Assembly (NCBI GenBank): GCA_018674305.1
Contig: JABHAL010000004.1
Span: 446-64,445 of the forward strand
Length of the DNA: 64,000 nt
Source of the DNA: Candidatus Falkowbacteria bacterium
GTDB taxonomy: Bacteria; Patescibacteriota; Patescibacteriia; UBA11705; JABHMO01
Direction of reading: 5' to 3'
Positions 20,721 through 28,568 of this stretch are shown piece after piece (position 1 is the stretch's first letter; the number at the start of each line of letters is the position of its first letter). The position numbers and the translations under genes are program-made. The notes under the pieces are model-generated. The model was not told where the DNA came from. It worked only from the letters and a program-made list of their open reading frames with translations, and did no database searches.

Positions 20721-20850
20721 CAAAACCTCCAAGGTTTTAAAATTAAATACGCCCAGCTGATCTGGCCGGACGTACTATTGGAGGTTTTGATAATCTATTT
20801 TATATATAAGTAAATACAACTATCTCAATAGGACTACTGGTCAAATCAGA
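20721..20850 (-). promoter_or_regulatory. Putative translational attenuator: stem sequestering the RBS, with an alternative pairing
   Basis: 12-bp inverted repeat caaaacctccaa/ttggaggttttg covers the MFS GGAGG; the anti-SD arm is also complementary to 20826-20849. Confidence 0.6.
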
Positions 20851-20940
20851 TTGAACTGAAGTTGGCGAGATGCCAAAATCAGCACCTGATGTAAAATCAG
20901 TGCCTCGCATATTAAGACAATTGTTACAATTTTTATTCAT
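20800..20940 (-). CDS. Putative 46-aa leader peptide MNKNCNNCLNMRGTDFTSGADFGISPTSVQSDLTSSPIEIVVFTYI
   Basis: GAGGG RBS, ATG at 20940, TAA at 20800-20802; not in the ORF track. Confidence 0.5.
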   Translation of the reverse strand: MNKNCNNCLNMRGTDFTSGADFGISPTSVQSDLTSSPIEIVVFTYI

Positions 20941-21035
20941 ATGTTTCCCTCTACTCTTTATGACGTAAGATTAGCCAAATTGTTACACTTTTTCAAAAAA
21001 AAGAACTGACCCTAGTGAAGGTCAGTTTTCTTTTG

Positions 21036-21323
21036 CTACTTAAGTGGACTTGCTGCGACATTTCCGCAACTTGGAAGGGACAATAGCCCACTTGTTATCA
21101 ATCGTTCTTTCTCTTTTTTAAGAAAATCACGACAAGGAACACATAATTTGAAAGCCACTCTAACTGGAGCAGTTTGACACTCAGAACAACGATGCCTTAA
21201 ATGGCTCATTATAACATTTGTACTACCACAAACACAGACAATATCTCCATTTTTGGCAATATCAAAATTGTGGTCGTACTCCTTCAGATCACAGTCTTGA
21301 CAAAATACGACAATCTCTGCCAT
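21036..21323 (-). CDS. Small Cys-rich (double zinc-finger-like) protein
   Basis: CQDC, CVC, CSEC, CVPC; G-rich RBS; downstream terminator at ~20995-21035. Confidence 0.6.
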   Translation of the reverse strand: MAEIVVFCQDCDLKEYDHNFDIAKNGDIVCVCGSTNVIMSHLRHRCSECQTAPVRVAFKLCVPCRDFLKKEKERLITSGLLSLPSCGNVAASPLK

Positions 21324-21437
21324 GGGCCCCCCTTCTTTATTTCATGAGAAAACAACGATGAGATTATCATAAATAAAAAGCTATGCTTTGTCAAGAAAAA
21401 ACTGACCCACATTTAAGCCAGTTTACGTTTGTATTTA

Positions 21438-21731
21438 TTATATTCCTGGGCCGTCAAAACCATCTTCTCCATCTTGCACATCCAATGCGGCTTTGTTCAT
21501 AAACCAATGATATGACTGTTCTGTTTTGTAACCAATAATCCAGGCCACCAAGGCAATACTACCAGCAAGCACATGCGCCAAAACAGGATGACTTGATCCG
21601 CCAAAAATGGTTAGACAAATTGCATCAATCAGCAAAAAAAACCAAGCACATAGAACAAAAACTCCAATGGCGTAAACAAAAGAAGCTAATAAATTTAAAA
21701 CCAGGCTAACTGGTTCTTTCTCTTTTGTCAT
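21438..21731 (-). CDS. Small 2-TM membrane protein
   Basis: GGAGG RBS; ATGA overlap with the upstream ORF. Confidence 0.6.
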   Translation of the reverse strand: MTKEKEPVSLVLNLLASFVYAIGVFVLCAWFFLLIDAICLTIFGGSSHPVLAHVLAGSIALVAWIIGYKTEQSYHWFMNKAALDVQDGEDGFDGPGI

Positions 21732-22093
21732 CTCGGGACCTCCGATAGCGTTGGATAACGAAAGGCTATAAGCTGGATATAGATTGTCCATTTTCCGTTT
21801 AGCTTTCCTACATGCAAAAAGCCCGGGTCACGAAACTGGATCAAGCCGTCTGTTCTTTTTTCCACTACAAACTCTTCCCAGACACCCTTTTCCAACTCCA
21901 CAGAAACCAAGATGGTTCCAGCTTCATCTTCCTCTCTCTGCCCCAAATGAACGCACTCATACCGCTCAATCTTAGAAGTCCTATCAAAAATACCCAGTCC
22001 CACCAATTCTTCGTTCGTATGGACAAAATTTTCTTTACCAAACAAAGTTATTGGTTTGCGACCATGAAGCTCACAACGTACTGGTCCTATCAT
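21728..22093 (-). CDS. Hypothetical protein
   Basis: GGAGGG RBS before ATG at 22093; coupled to the next ORF. Confidence 0.55.
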   Translation of the reverse strand: MIGPVRCELHGRKPITLFGKENFVHTNEELVGLGIFDRTSKIERYECVHLGQREEDEAGTILVSVELEKGVWEEFVVEKRTDGLIQFRDPGFLHVGKLNGKWTIYIQLIAFRYPTLSEVPR

Positions 22094-22164
22094 GACTCCC
22101 TCCACCTTTCAATGAACAATAAAATATATTAATTTAAATCAACAATTGTGTCAACTATATTTTT

Positions 22165-23112
22165 TTATTTATTGGATCTTTTCACTCTCATCAATCCTGA
22201 ACAGGTGACAACTTCAATTCCTTTTTTTTCTAATTCATCCAAAAATAAATTAACACCAACTGAATCTGAAGAGATGTGTCCAGCAATTACAACATTGAGG
22301 TGATGTTTTTCTGCTTCTTTCTTATGTTCCTCACTCATATGCATTCCAATAATTGTTCCAATTCCTGCCTGAGCTAGCTTCTCAAAAATTTCCTTTGCGC
22401 CACTAGTTCCACCAGTGATTTCTGTTAGTGCAATCTTTCCACAAAAATTTTCTGGGCTGCCAGCAAAAAGTTTTGGGCCTGCACCTCGTTTTTTGGCCTC
22501 CGCATATTCCGGAATCTCCTCAAAAAATTCTATAACTTCACTAACATATTCGAACTTTTTACGCGCCATTTTTTTCTTCAAAAAGTTTGCAACTAAGTTG
22601 TCACACGGGGTATGTACATTGATCAAACTAGTTTTTAGAAGTCTAGCTGCATCTACTACTTTATAATGATTTATCGGACTAACTCCACGTCCAACTTCTG
22701 CAATACGCATTCTTAAACATCCTTGAGCAATATTAATCGGGATTCCATAGCCTGCTAAAACCTCAACTTGCATTTCCATTACATCATGAAGATTCGCTAG
22801 CGCTTTTCCAATGGGGTGATGTCCAATAACTAAATCAATTCCGCCAAGTTCTTTTGCCAAAAGCATTTCTGAAGTATCAATATCAATTCCGCAAAGAACC
22901 TTTTTTACTTCTTTTTTGCTGTCGAAATGAATTCCACTATCTAAAAATGGATTATCTAAACTTTCTCTATTGAAATCTTTACGTTTATCTTTCGGTAATT
23001 TATCATACTGTTCTTTTTTCTTTTTTTGTAATTGCAAAACTCGCTTTTCTCCACGTAAATCAGACTTAATTCCTAATTTTAAAGCTAAGTTGAAAATTTC
23101 TTGTACATTCAT
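22165..23112 (-). CDS. NIF3/NGG1p-interacting factor family metal-binding protein
   Basis: GIDID, GHHP, HTPCDN, AGHISSDSVG motifs. Confidence 0.85.
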   Translation of the reverse strand: MNVQEIFNLALKLGIKSDLRGEKRVLQLQKKKKEQYDKLPKDKRKDFNRESLDNPFLDSGIHFDSKKEVKKVLCGIDIDTSEMLLAKELGGIDLVIGHHPIGKALANLHDVMEMQVEVLAGYGIPINIAQGCLRMRIAEVGRGVSPINHYKVVDAARLLKTSLINVHTPCDNLVANFLKKKMARKKFEYVSEVIEFFEEIPEYAEAKKRGAGPKLFAGSPENFCGKIALTEITGGTSGAKEIFEKLAQAGIGTIIGMHMSEEHKKEAEKHHLNVVIAGHISSDSVGVNLFLDELEKKGIEVVTCSGLMRVKRSNK

Positions 23113-23143
23113 ATGAATAAATAATGAATTATGAATTATGTTA

Positions 23144-23779
23144 TCACTTAATAATTAAATCAAACCACGCTTGAAAACTTGCGCCCCATTCTCGAACTGT
23201 AAACTTAAACTGTTTACCGTAACCTGTATTTTGAGCTATTACCCCAACTGCATCTACACCAAGTTCATTACAAATATATAACGCTCTACGTAAATGATAT
23301 TTCTGAGTAATTAAAACAACGCTATTTAACTCAAACTGCTCTTTTATGTTTTTACAACTGTCGTAAGTACTTAATCCCGCATGGTCAAACAACATCATCT
23401 CTTCAGGTAAACCATTATCCAATGCAAAATTTTTCATGGCCTGAACTTCATTATGATTAGCTGTACTATTATCTCCGCTCATTATGAAGCGACCGACTCG
23501 CCCCTCCTGATAAAGTCTAATGGCTGATATAACTCTATCTTGAAGCACAACTCCAGGAACACCACGAGCTTTTAATCCTGCACCAAATACTAACGCCACG
23601 TTTGGTGGAGATAAACTTTCAGGATTAACTATTTTCGAACCATACTTAAACTGAACTCGTGCCATGATCAAGAAAACAAACAAACAAAATAATAATAAAA
23701 CAAAAATAATTGTTCTAGTTGTTTTTCTGAATTCACTTGATCCACTATTTGTGCTTCCTCTTTCTATTCCAATGTCCAT
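23144..23779 (-). CDS. SanA/ElyC (DUF218) family protein
   Basis: LVFGAG, MSGDN, DHAGLSTYDS, TQKYHLRRA, RE motifs. Confidence 0.88.
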   Translation of the reverse strand: MDIGIERGSTNSGSSEFRKTTRTIIFVLLLFCLFVFLIMARVQFKYGSKIVNPESLSPPNVALVFGAGLKARGVPGVVLQDRVISAIRLYQEGRVGRFIMSGDNSTANHNEVQAMKNFALDNGLPEEMMLFDHAGLSTYDSCKNIKEQFELNSVVLITQKYHLRRALYICNELGVDAVGVIAQNTGYGKQFKFTVREWGASFQAWFDLIIK

Positions 23780-23785
23780 GTTGTA

Positions 23786-23830
23786 AAATCCTAAACTCTA
23801 ATATCTAAATTCTAAATAAATTCAAATGCT
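23786..23830. repeat. 7-nt-period tandem repeat tract (CTAAATT-like)
   Basis: Shares the exact 19-mer ctaatatctaaattctaaa with the reverse complement of 58367-58385. Confidence 0.65.
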
Positions 23831-23849
23831 CAAAACCTGAATCTTTAAA

Positions 23850-25190
23850 TCACAAATTCAAAATTCCGCGAGCGACAATCAAACCTGTAGCCGCCGCCCC
23901 AGTAATATTTCCAGAAAGACCTGCACCGTCACCAGCTACATACAAACCCTTAATATTGGTTTGTAGATCTTTTTCTGTTTTTAACTTTGAAGAACGAAGT
24001 TTAATTTCTGGCGCATATAATAAAGTATGTGGCGAAGCAATGCCTGGTAAAACTTGATCCAACATTTCTAAACCTTCTTTAATGTTTTTTACAATTCTAT
24101 GAGGTAAAGCCATAGAAATATCACCCGGTGTTACATCTTTTAGACTTGGAATAACAAAACTTTTACTAATTCTTTCCCAAGTACTACGCCTTCCCTTATA
24201 TAAATCAGCCATTCTCTGCACAATTGGTTTACCTCCTCCAATTGTGGTCGCCAACTTGGCAATTGATTTAGCATAAGCAATTGTATTTTCTACCGGCTCC
24301 GTTAAAGTCACCTCACTCACAAAAGCAAAATTAGAATTTAATGAATTATGATCTGAATTTGAATGTCCATTCACACAAACAAAATCCTTGTATTGTTCTG
24401 CCGCTACATGACCTTTTGGACAAGGACAAAAAGTTCTTACCACATCATCAAAAGTTGGCGTCCTCATCATAAATACCGTTTCATACATTAAATCTGCATG
24501 TTTTTTTAAAACAGCTTCTGGAAATTCTACTCTTACACCCACTTCAACTTTTTCATAGGTGTATGGCAAATTATATTTTTCCGATATTTTTTGTAACCAG
24601 CGAGCCTTAATTCGTCCGGGCGCTAAAATAACTTTGTCGGCAAAAATGTCACCTTTATCTGTTTTCACACCCGTTACACTTGTTCCACTTATAATAATAT
24701 CAATCACTTCAGTTTGATCTTTTATAATCAGCCCTTTATTTAATAAATGATTTTCAAAATTCTCAATTACCTGTGGTAATTTATCACTACCAACATGTCG
24801 CGCTTTGCGCACAAATAATTTAATACTTTTTTTCTTGGCGTCATCTGCTAATCGATTTGCCTCATCAATATCTTTTGGATAATATTCTGCAGTTACACCA
24901 AATCTGGTAAATAATTCATCAACATAATCCAAATACTTTTGATATTCTGCTTCATTATATAAATGTAGCATTTTTTCATGACTTAAAACAGGTGTGTAAT
25001 GCAATTTACCGTCAGAAAAAGAACCAGCTCCACCAATGCCTGACATAACCTCACTTCTTTGTCGATTTTTTATTAAATTACCAAGCTCGATTAAACAAAC
25101 CTTTAGATCTGGCTTTTGATTAACCAATTCATATGCAGCAAACATTCCTGCCGGCCCTCCGCCAACAATGATCACATCAAATTTTTCCAT
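23850..25190 (-). CDS. NAD(P)/FAD-dependent oxidoreductase
   Basis: GGGPAG, GGAGSFSDGK, VRTFC, AGDGAG motifs. Confidence 0.88.
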   Translation of the reverse strand: MEKFDVIIVGGGPAGMFAAYELVNQKPDLKVCLIELGNLIKNRQRSEVMSGIGGAGSFSDGKLHYTPVLSHEKMLHLYNEAEYQKYLDYVDELFTRFGVTAEYYPKDIDEANRLADDAKKKSIKLFVRKARHVGSDKLPQVIENFENHLLNKGLIIKDQTEVIDIIISGTSVTGVKTDKGDIFADKVILAPGRIKARWLQKISEKYNLPYTYEKVEVGVRVEFPEAVLKKHADLMYETVFMMRTPTFDDVVRTFCPCPKGHVAAEQYKDFVCVNGHSNSDHNSLNSNFAFVSEVTLTEPVENTIAYAKSIAKLATTIGGGKPIVQRMADLYKGRRSTWERISKSFVIPSLKDVTPGDISMALPHRIVKNIKEGLEMLDQVLPGIASPHTLLYAPEIKLRSSKLKTEKDLQTNIKGLYVAGDGAGLSGNITGAAATGLIVARGILNL

Positions 25191-25251
25191 AAATAATATA
25201 ATATTATTTAACACTCTTATTATACTACCACACTAATTTTCGAACCACAAC

Positions 25252-25283
25252 AAAAAAGAGCCTTACAGTGTAGTAAGACTCTT
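25252..25283 (-). terminator. Intrinsic terminator closing the 25.3-28.4 kb unit
   Basis: Minus strand aagagtcttac-tacact-gtaaggctctttttt. Confidence 0.75.
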
Positions 25284-25290
25284 GGTGCGG

Positions 25291-25845
25291 CTAAAAGTGG
25301 CCGCAGTATCCGTCCCAGTTGTCGACTGGGTATTGACTTTCGTCTAAGTTCCACTCACCTGTGTCCTCATCTTCCCAACCTTCACCGCAAGCGTAGCGGT
25401 AGGCCTGTCCTTCCTTCATCCCGAAGTAGAACTGGTGTGAGGCGTTGCGGCCCACCTGGTAAAACATTACCCCTTCCCGCTCCATTGAATACGGTTCAAG
25501 GCTGTCTTCAAACTCCAGATGCATGCGGATCATGGACTCAGCTCTTTCGTCGCCACCGTGCAACTTCTCAGCAAAGTCCTTAGCTGTGGCGTCACGCTTC
25601 GCGTCAACAATCTGATCATCAGCATACATTGCTTTCATCTGATCAATAATTGCCTGGTCTGTGACCAGCTCACGATCACCGAAGCTATTCTTGCGAAAAA
25701 ACACCATGCCGAAAAACGAACCTTCCGAGGTGACCATCTCGTGCTCAACCTGCCAGCCTTCTCCGATCTTGAACCCCTGGGTCTCCAGCGACTGACCATC
25801 GATCTCCACACCGGACCAAAAACTCACGTTCTTCTGCTGATTCAT
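25291..25845 (-). CDS. Hypothetical acidic protein (184 aa)
   Basis: GGAGG RBS, ATG at 25845; more GC-rich than flanking genes. Confidence 0.7.
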   Translation of the reverse strand: MNQQKNVSFWSGVEIDGQSLETQGFKIGEGWQVEHEMVTSEGSFFGMVFFRKNSFGDRELVTDQAIIDQMKAMYADDQIVDAKRDATAKDFAEKLHGGDERAESMIRMHLEFEDSLEPYSMEREGVMFYQVGRNASHQFYFGMKEGQAYRYACGEGWEDEDTGEWNLDESQYPVDNWDGYCGHF

Positions 25846-25952
25846 GGTGAACCTCCAATGTATTATTAAATTTATTCTCTTCAAAAGTCAATCTTGCAAT
25901 TGACTGCTCAAGAGAGTCACCGTTGTCTGACAACGGATCATCTTTGCGTGAG

Positions 25953-26129
25953 TCACCTCTTTTTGACCCTTCCCATTCTGGGCATCCCCCCAGTGGGTTG
26001 CGAACGCATTGCCCGCTCGAACAGGTACTGCTCACGGGTTACGCTTCCACGCTCCCGACCACCAGCAGTAAACCCATTCTGACGAAGAAAACTCGTCGCC
26101 TCAGCCACCAGATTCCGCGCGTTCCGCAT
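25953..26129 (-). CDS. 58-aa ORF MRNARNLVAEATSFLRQNGFTAGGRERGSVTREQYLFERAMRSQPTGGMPRMGRVKKR
   Basis: AAGGAGATAG RBS immediately after repeat A; not in the ORF track. Confidence 0.65.
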   Translation of the reverse strand: MRNARNLVAEATSFLRQNGFTAGGRERGSVTREQYLFERAMRSQPTGGMPRMGRVKKR

Positions 26130-26149
26130 TGGCTATCTCCTTTTGTTAA

Positions 26150-26218
26150 GCCATCAGAAAAATTAATTTTCATTAATTGCTCTGATGAATGCACAAGTAA
26201 ATGTTACTTATGCACAAG
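26150..26218 (-). repeat. Double-hairpin repeat, copy A
   Basis: Minus strand TGCATAAGTAA..TTACTTGTGCA + TCATCAGAGCAATTAA..TTAATTTTTCTGATGGC. Confidence 0.8.
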
Positions 26219-26811
26219 AAACGCAATGACAAGGGTTATCCACTTTACCGAGACATTTTCCCCATAATAGTATGACTTAACAACAATGGCTCACTAAAAG
26301 TCCATTGTCCCCTGTCTGAAAGGTTTGTCGCTAAGACTTTACCTTCCTTTTTAAAGAACCCTTTATAACCATAGAACGTGTATGGCTGGTTCTTTTCGTA
26401 ATGGTGCTTGCGTACACCTACGATCGTCCTAATGAACTCAACACTACCTTTTACTAGTGCTGTCTCACCCCATAGCCGGTTGAGCAATATGCTCCCGGCC
26501 TGCCCCTGAGCAACCCTTACACAATTTTTACTGCAAGTTATTGGTCATGTCGACTTAACAAATTACTTACACACTATTTTTTCGCAGTGAACTAGAATCT
26601 CAAATCTATGGCCCTTATCCCATAGACCCTCTAGCTCTGAAGAATAATATTTTCCAACGCTCCTAAGAGTCTGTTAGAAAAATTACTCTTCTCTTCAGGC
26701 TCCCCAGAAAACAACCATTGTCATGTGTTAGACAATAATCGTTTGTGAGTTCTGCCCTCGGTACTGGCTGCTGCGAACAACCTATCCCAGTGGTTTTAGA
26801 CTTTTCGCAAA
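26219..26811 (-). ncRNA. Putative structured ncRNA segment 2 (~590 nt, unknown family)
   Basis: No convincing ORF; chain of stems (26354-26393, 26476-26498, 26605-26626, 26717-26736); bounded by repeats B and A. Confidence 0.5.
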
Positions 26812-26876
26812 GTCATCACAATAATCAATAAACATAATTACTCTAATGAGCACGCAAACACCTGCTACATGCGCTC
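26812..26876 (-). repeat. Double-hairpin repeat, copy B
   Basis: Minus strand GCGCA..TGCGTGC + TCATTAGAGTAATTA..TTGATTATTGTGATGAC. Confidence 0.75.
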
Positions 26877-26881
26877 GCTAA

Positions 26882-27064
26882 CTATTTACTTGCACTTGGA
26901 GCCTTACACTCCTTACAACCTAGGCAAGGCGGGCGCCCAAACGGGTATTTTGGACAGTCTACCCGAACAGCAACCTCTCTCAAATACCTCTCATGCTCGT
27001 CTTCAATACTGAAAGGCTCGTCGGTCTCAAAATCCCAACCACTAATCATTTCGCCTTTTCTCAT
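26882..27064 (-). CDS. 60-aa ORF with Cys-rich C-terminus (MRKGEM...CLGCKECKAPSASK)
   Basis: AAGGAGATAG RBS immediately after repeat C; HERYLREVAVR motif. Confidence 0.7.
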   Translation of the reverse strand: MRKGEMISGWDFETDEPFSIEDEHERYLREVAVRVDCPKYPFGRPPCLGCKECKAPSASK

Positions 27065-27083
27065 CACTATCTCCTTTATTAGA

Positions 27084-27150
27084 GTCATCAAAATAATCAA
27101 TTTTTATTAATTACTCTGATGATTGCACAAGCTCTAGGAGCTTGTGCAAG
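27084..27150 (-). repeat. Double-hairpin repeat, copy C
   Basis: Minus strand TTGCACAAGCTC..GAGCTTGTGCAA + TCATCAGAGTAATTAA..TTGATTATTTTGATGAC. Confidence 0.8.
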
Positions 27151-27835
27151 TAGGGAGATGACTGTAGGTGGACAATCATCAGTGCGACACTCACTCCCGA
27201 TCAAGAGAGTCTCCACCACCGCTGCTTAACGGCTGTCGCTTTGACCACACATCCTGGATTCTTGGCCACCCGCCTTGACCGCCCGAAGGCGAGGCAGGAG
27301 GCCTCCATCCAAGTTTCAAGTTAAGGGAGTGTGCGCCCCCTATAGCCTCAGTCAGTTTCTTGCATCTCCGCCCGGCCAAAGGCTTTGACACATGCGAGGG
27401 GTTGGCCTCGCTTCCGCTTTACATCGTATAAGACCCTTCCCCTGGGCCAAACACGCATTGCGGCATGGCCCGACACTGACTGATTTGCTCTACCTTTACC
27501 TTTAACATAGAATTTTATGTTAAATTCCCTGTGCTGGTAGCAGAGCGGGTCCCCTCCCGTAAGCTTGCGACTCACGACAGACAACCACCAACTTTACCGA
27601 CTCCACCTTATTGGCGTAAGGCAAGCCACTAACTTCCTTTGCTCCGACCAAGAGCTTGGACCACATCTTCTCAAGGTGACTCCCCCTGTCATTAGGGGCC
27701 CTGTTCACGATAACTCCGAAGAGCTTCTCGCTAGAAAATGTGGTGGAGATTTGGATAACAGGCAAGCCTGATACCCTGCCTTCCCCGGGATAGGGTAGAC
27801 ATATCGTTCCTTACGGAACTATCAGGCACTCCACA
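27151..27835 (-). ncRNA. Putative structured ncRNA segment 1 (~685 nt, GC-rich, unknown family)
   Basis: cUUCGg and GNRA-type loops in minus orientation (27281-90, 27559-75, 27712-25, 27806-19); long-range helices 27348-56/27475-83 and 27766-73/27820-27. Confidence 0.6.
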
Positions 27836-27903
27836 GCCATCGTAATAATCAAAGCTTTATTTAATTGCTACGATAGGTGCGCGAATATTTTTATTCACGC
27901 AAG
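27836..27903 (-). repeat. Double-hairpin repeat, copy D
   Basis: Minus strand TGCGTGAATA..TATTCGCGCA + TATCGTAGCAATTAAA..TTTGATTATTACGATGGC. Confidence 0.75.
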
Positions 27904-28369
27904 AGTTTATTTGCGCAGTGGTAAAATGCTTTCATTTACCTGTCTAGGTTCTCGCTAAGAGTAGCCTAGACTTTTTGTATTTTGTTCTACAAAACCTTTA
28001 CTTCCTCGTATCACCTCCAATGGACGTTATCGATCTTTGTTTGGTGAGGTCAGCCAAGGCTTCAACCTGGGAAAGCAGCTGCGCGCTACCAACCGGTGCA
28101 ATATAGAACATAAATTGATAATGACCACATCTCATCCCCCAAGCCCCGAAGAACTTTAGGAAATGAGTCTAGTCTCATTAAGTTTATCTCTAAATCCCTC
28201 TGTAATATGTTGCCAGATAAATAAATTTGAATTAATGGCATTTATATAAGCGAGGGATATATTTCCGGAAACAAGGGTTCAGTTGTTACACCTACATCCT
28301 TATTTCTAGAATACAAGCAAATTGCCTGTACTGGTCGAGAACAAAAAACTTTTTTTTACTCAACATAGA

Positions 28370-28398
28370 AGTATAGCATGCATTTTAAAACTTGTCAA
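28370..28398 (-). promoter_or_regulatory. Strong sigma70 promoter for the 25.3-28.4 kb unit
   Basis: TTGACA-17 nt-TATACT with extended -10 TG. Confidence 0.75.
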
Positions 28399-28524
28399 GT
28401 ACCGTCAACAAAAGTTTACTCGTTTCTACTTTTTTTATTTAATTTTAGCTAAATCATAACACTGAAAACTGTTGAAACGCTTCGTCGTAAATCGCGAGCA
28501 GAATCGCTTTAATTTTCCTAAAAC

Positions 28525-28554
28525 AAAAACAGCCCCTTTAACAGGGCTGTTTTT
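28525..28554 (-). terminator. ileS terminator
   Basis: aaaaacagccc-ctttaaca-gggctgttttt. Confidence 0.8.
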
Positions 28555-28568
28555 AGAATATGCTTATC

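Noticed and set aside
27191-27771. ORF-track frames of 66-81 aa
   Set aside because: Overlapping, non-ATG starts, no RBS; better explained by GC-rich structured RNA
27151-27835. tmRNA, RNase P RNA or group I/II intron
   Set aside because: CTCCACCA (~27742-49, minus) lacks a preceding T-arm; no GAGGAAAGTCC; no domain V-like motif or RT gene
26150-27903. CRISPR array
   Set aside because: Repeats are ~67 nt and degenerate, separated by roughly 200-700 nt; no cas genes in the window
26150-27903. Integron attC cassette array
   Set aside because: No clear RYYYAAC/GTTRRRY ends and no integrase visible; kept only as a loose analogy
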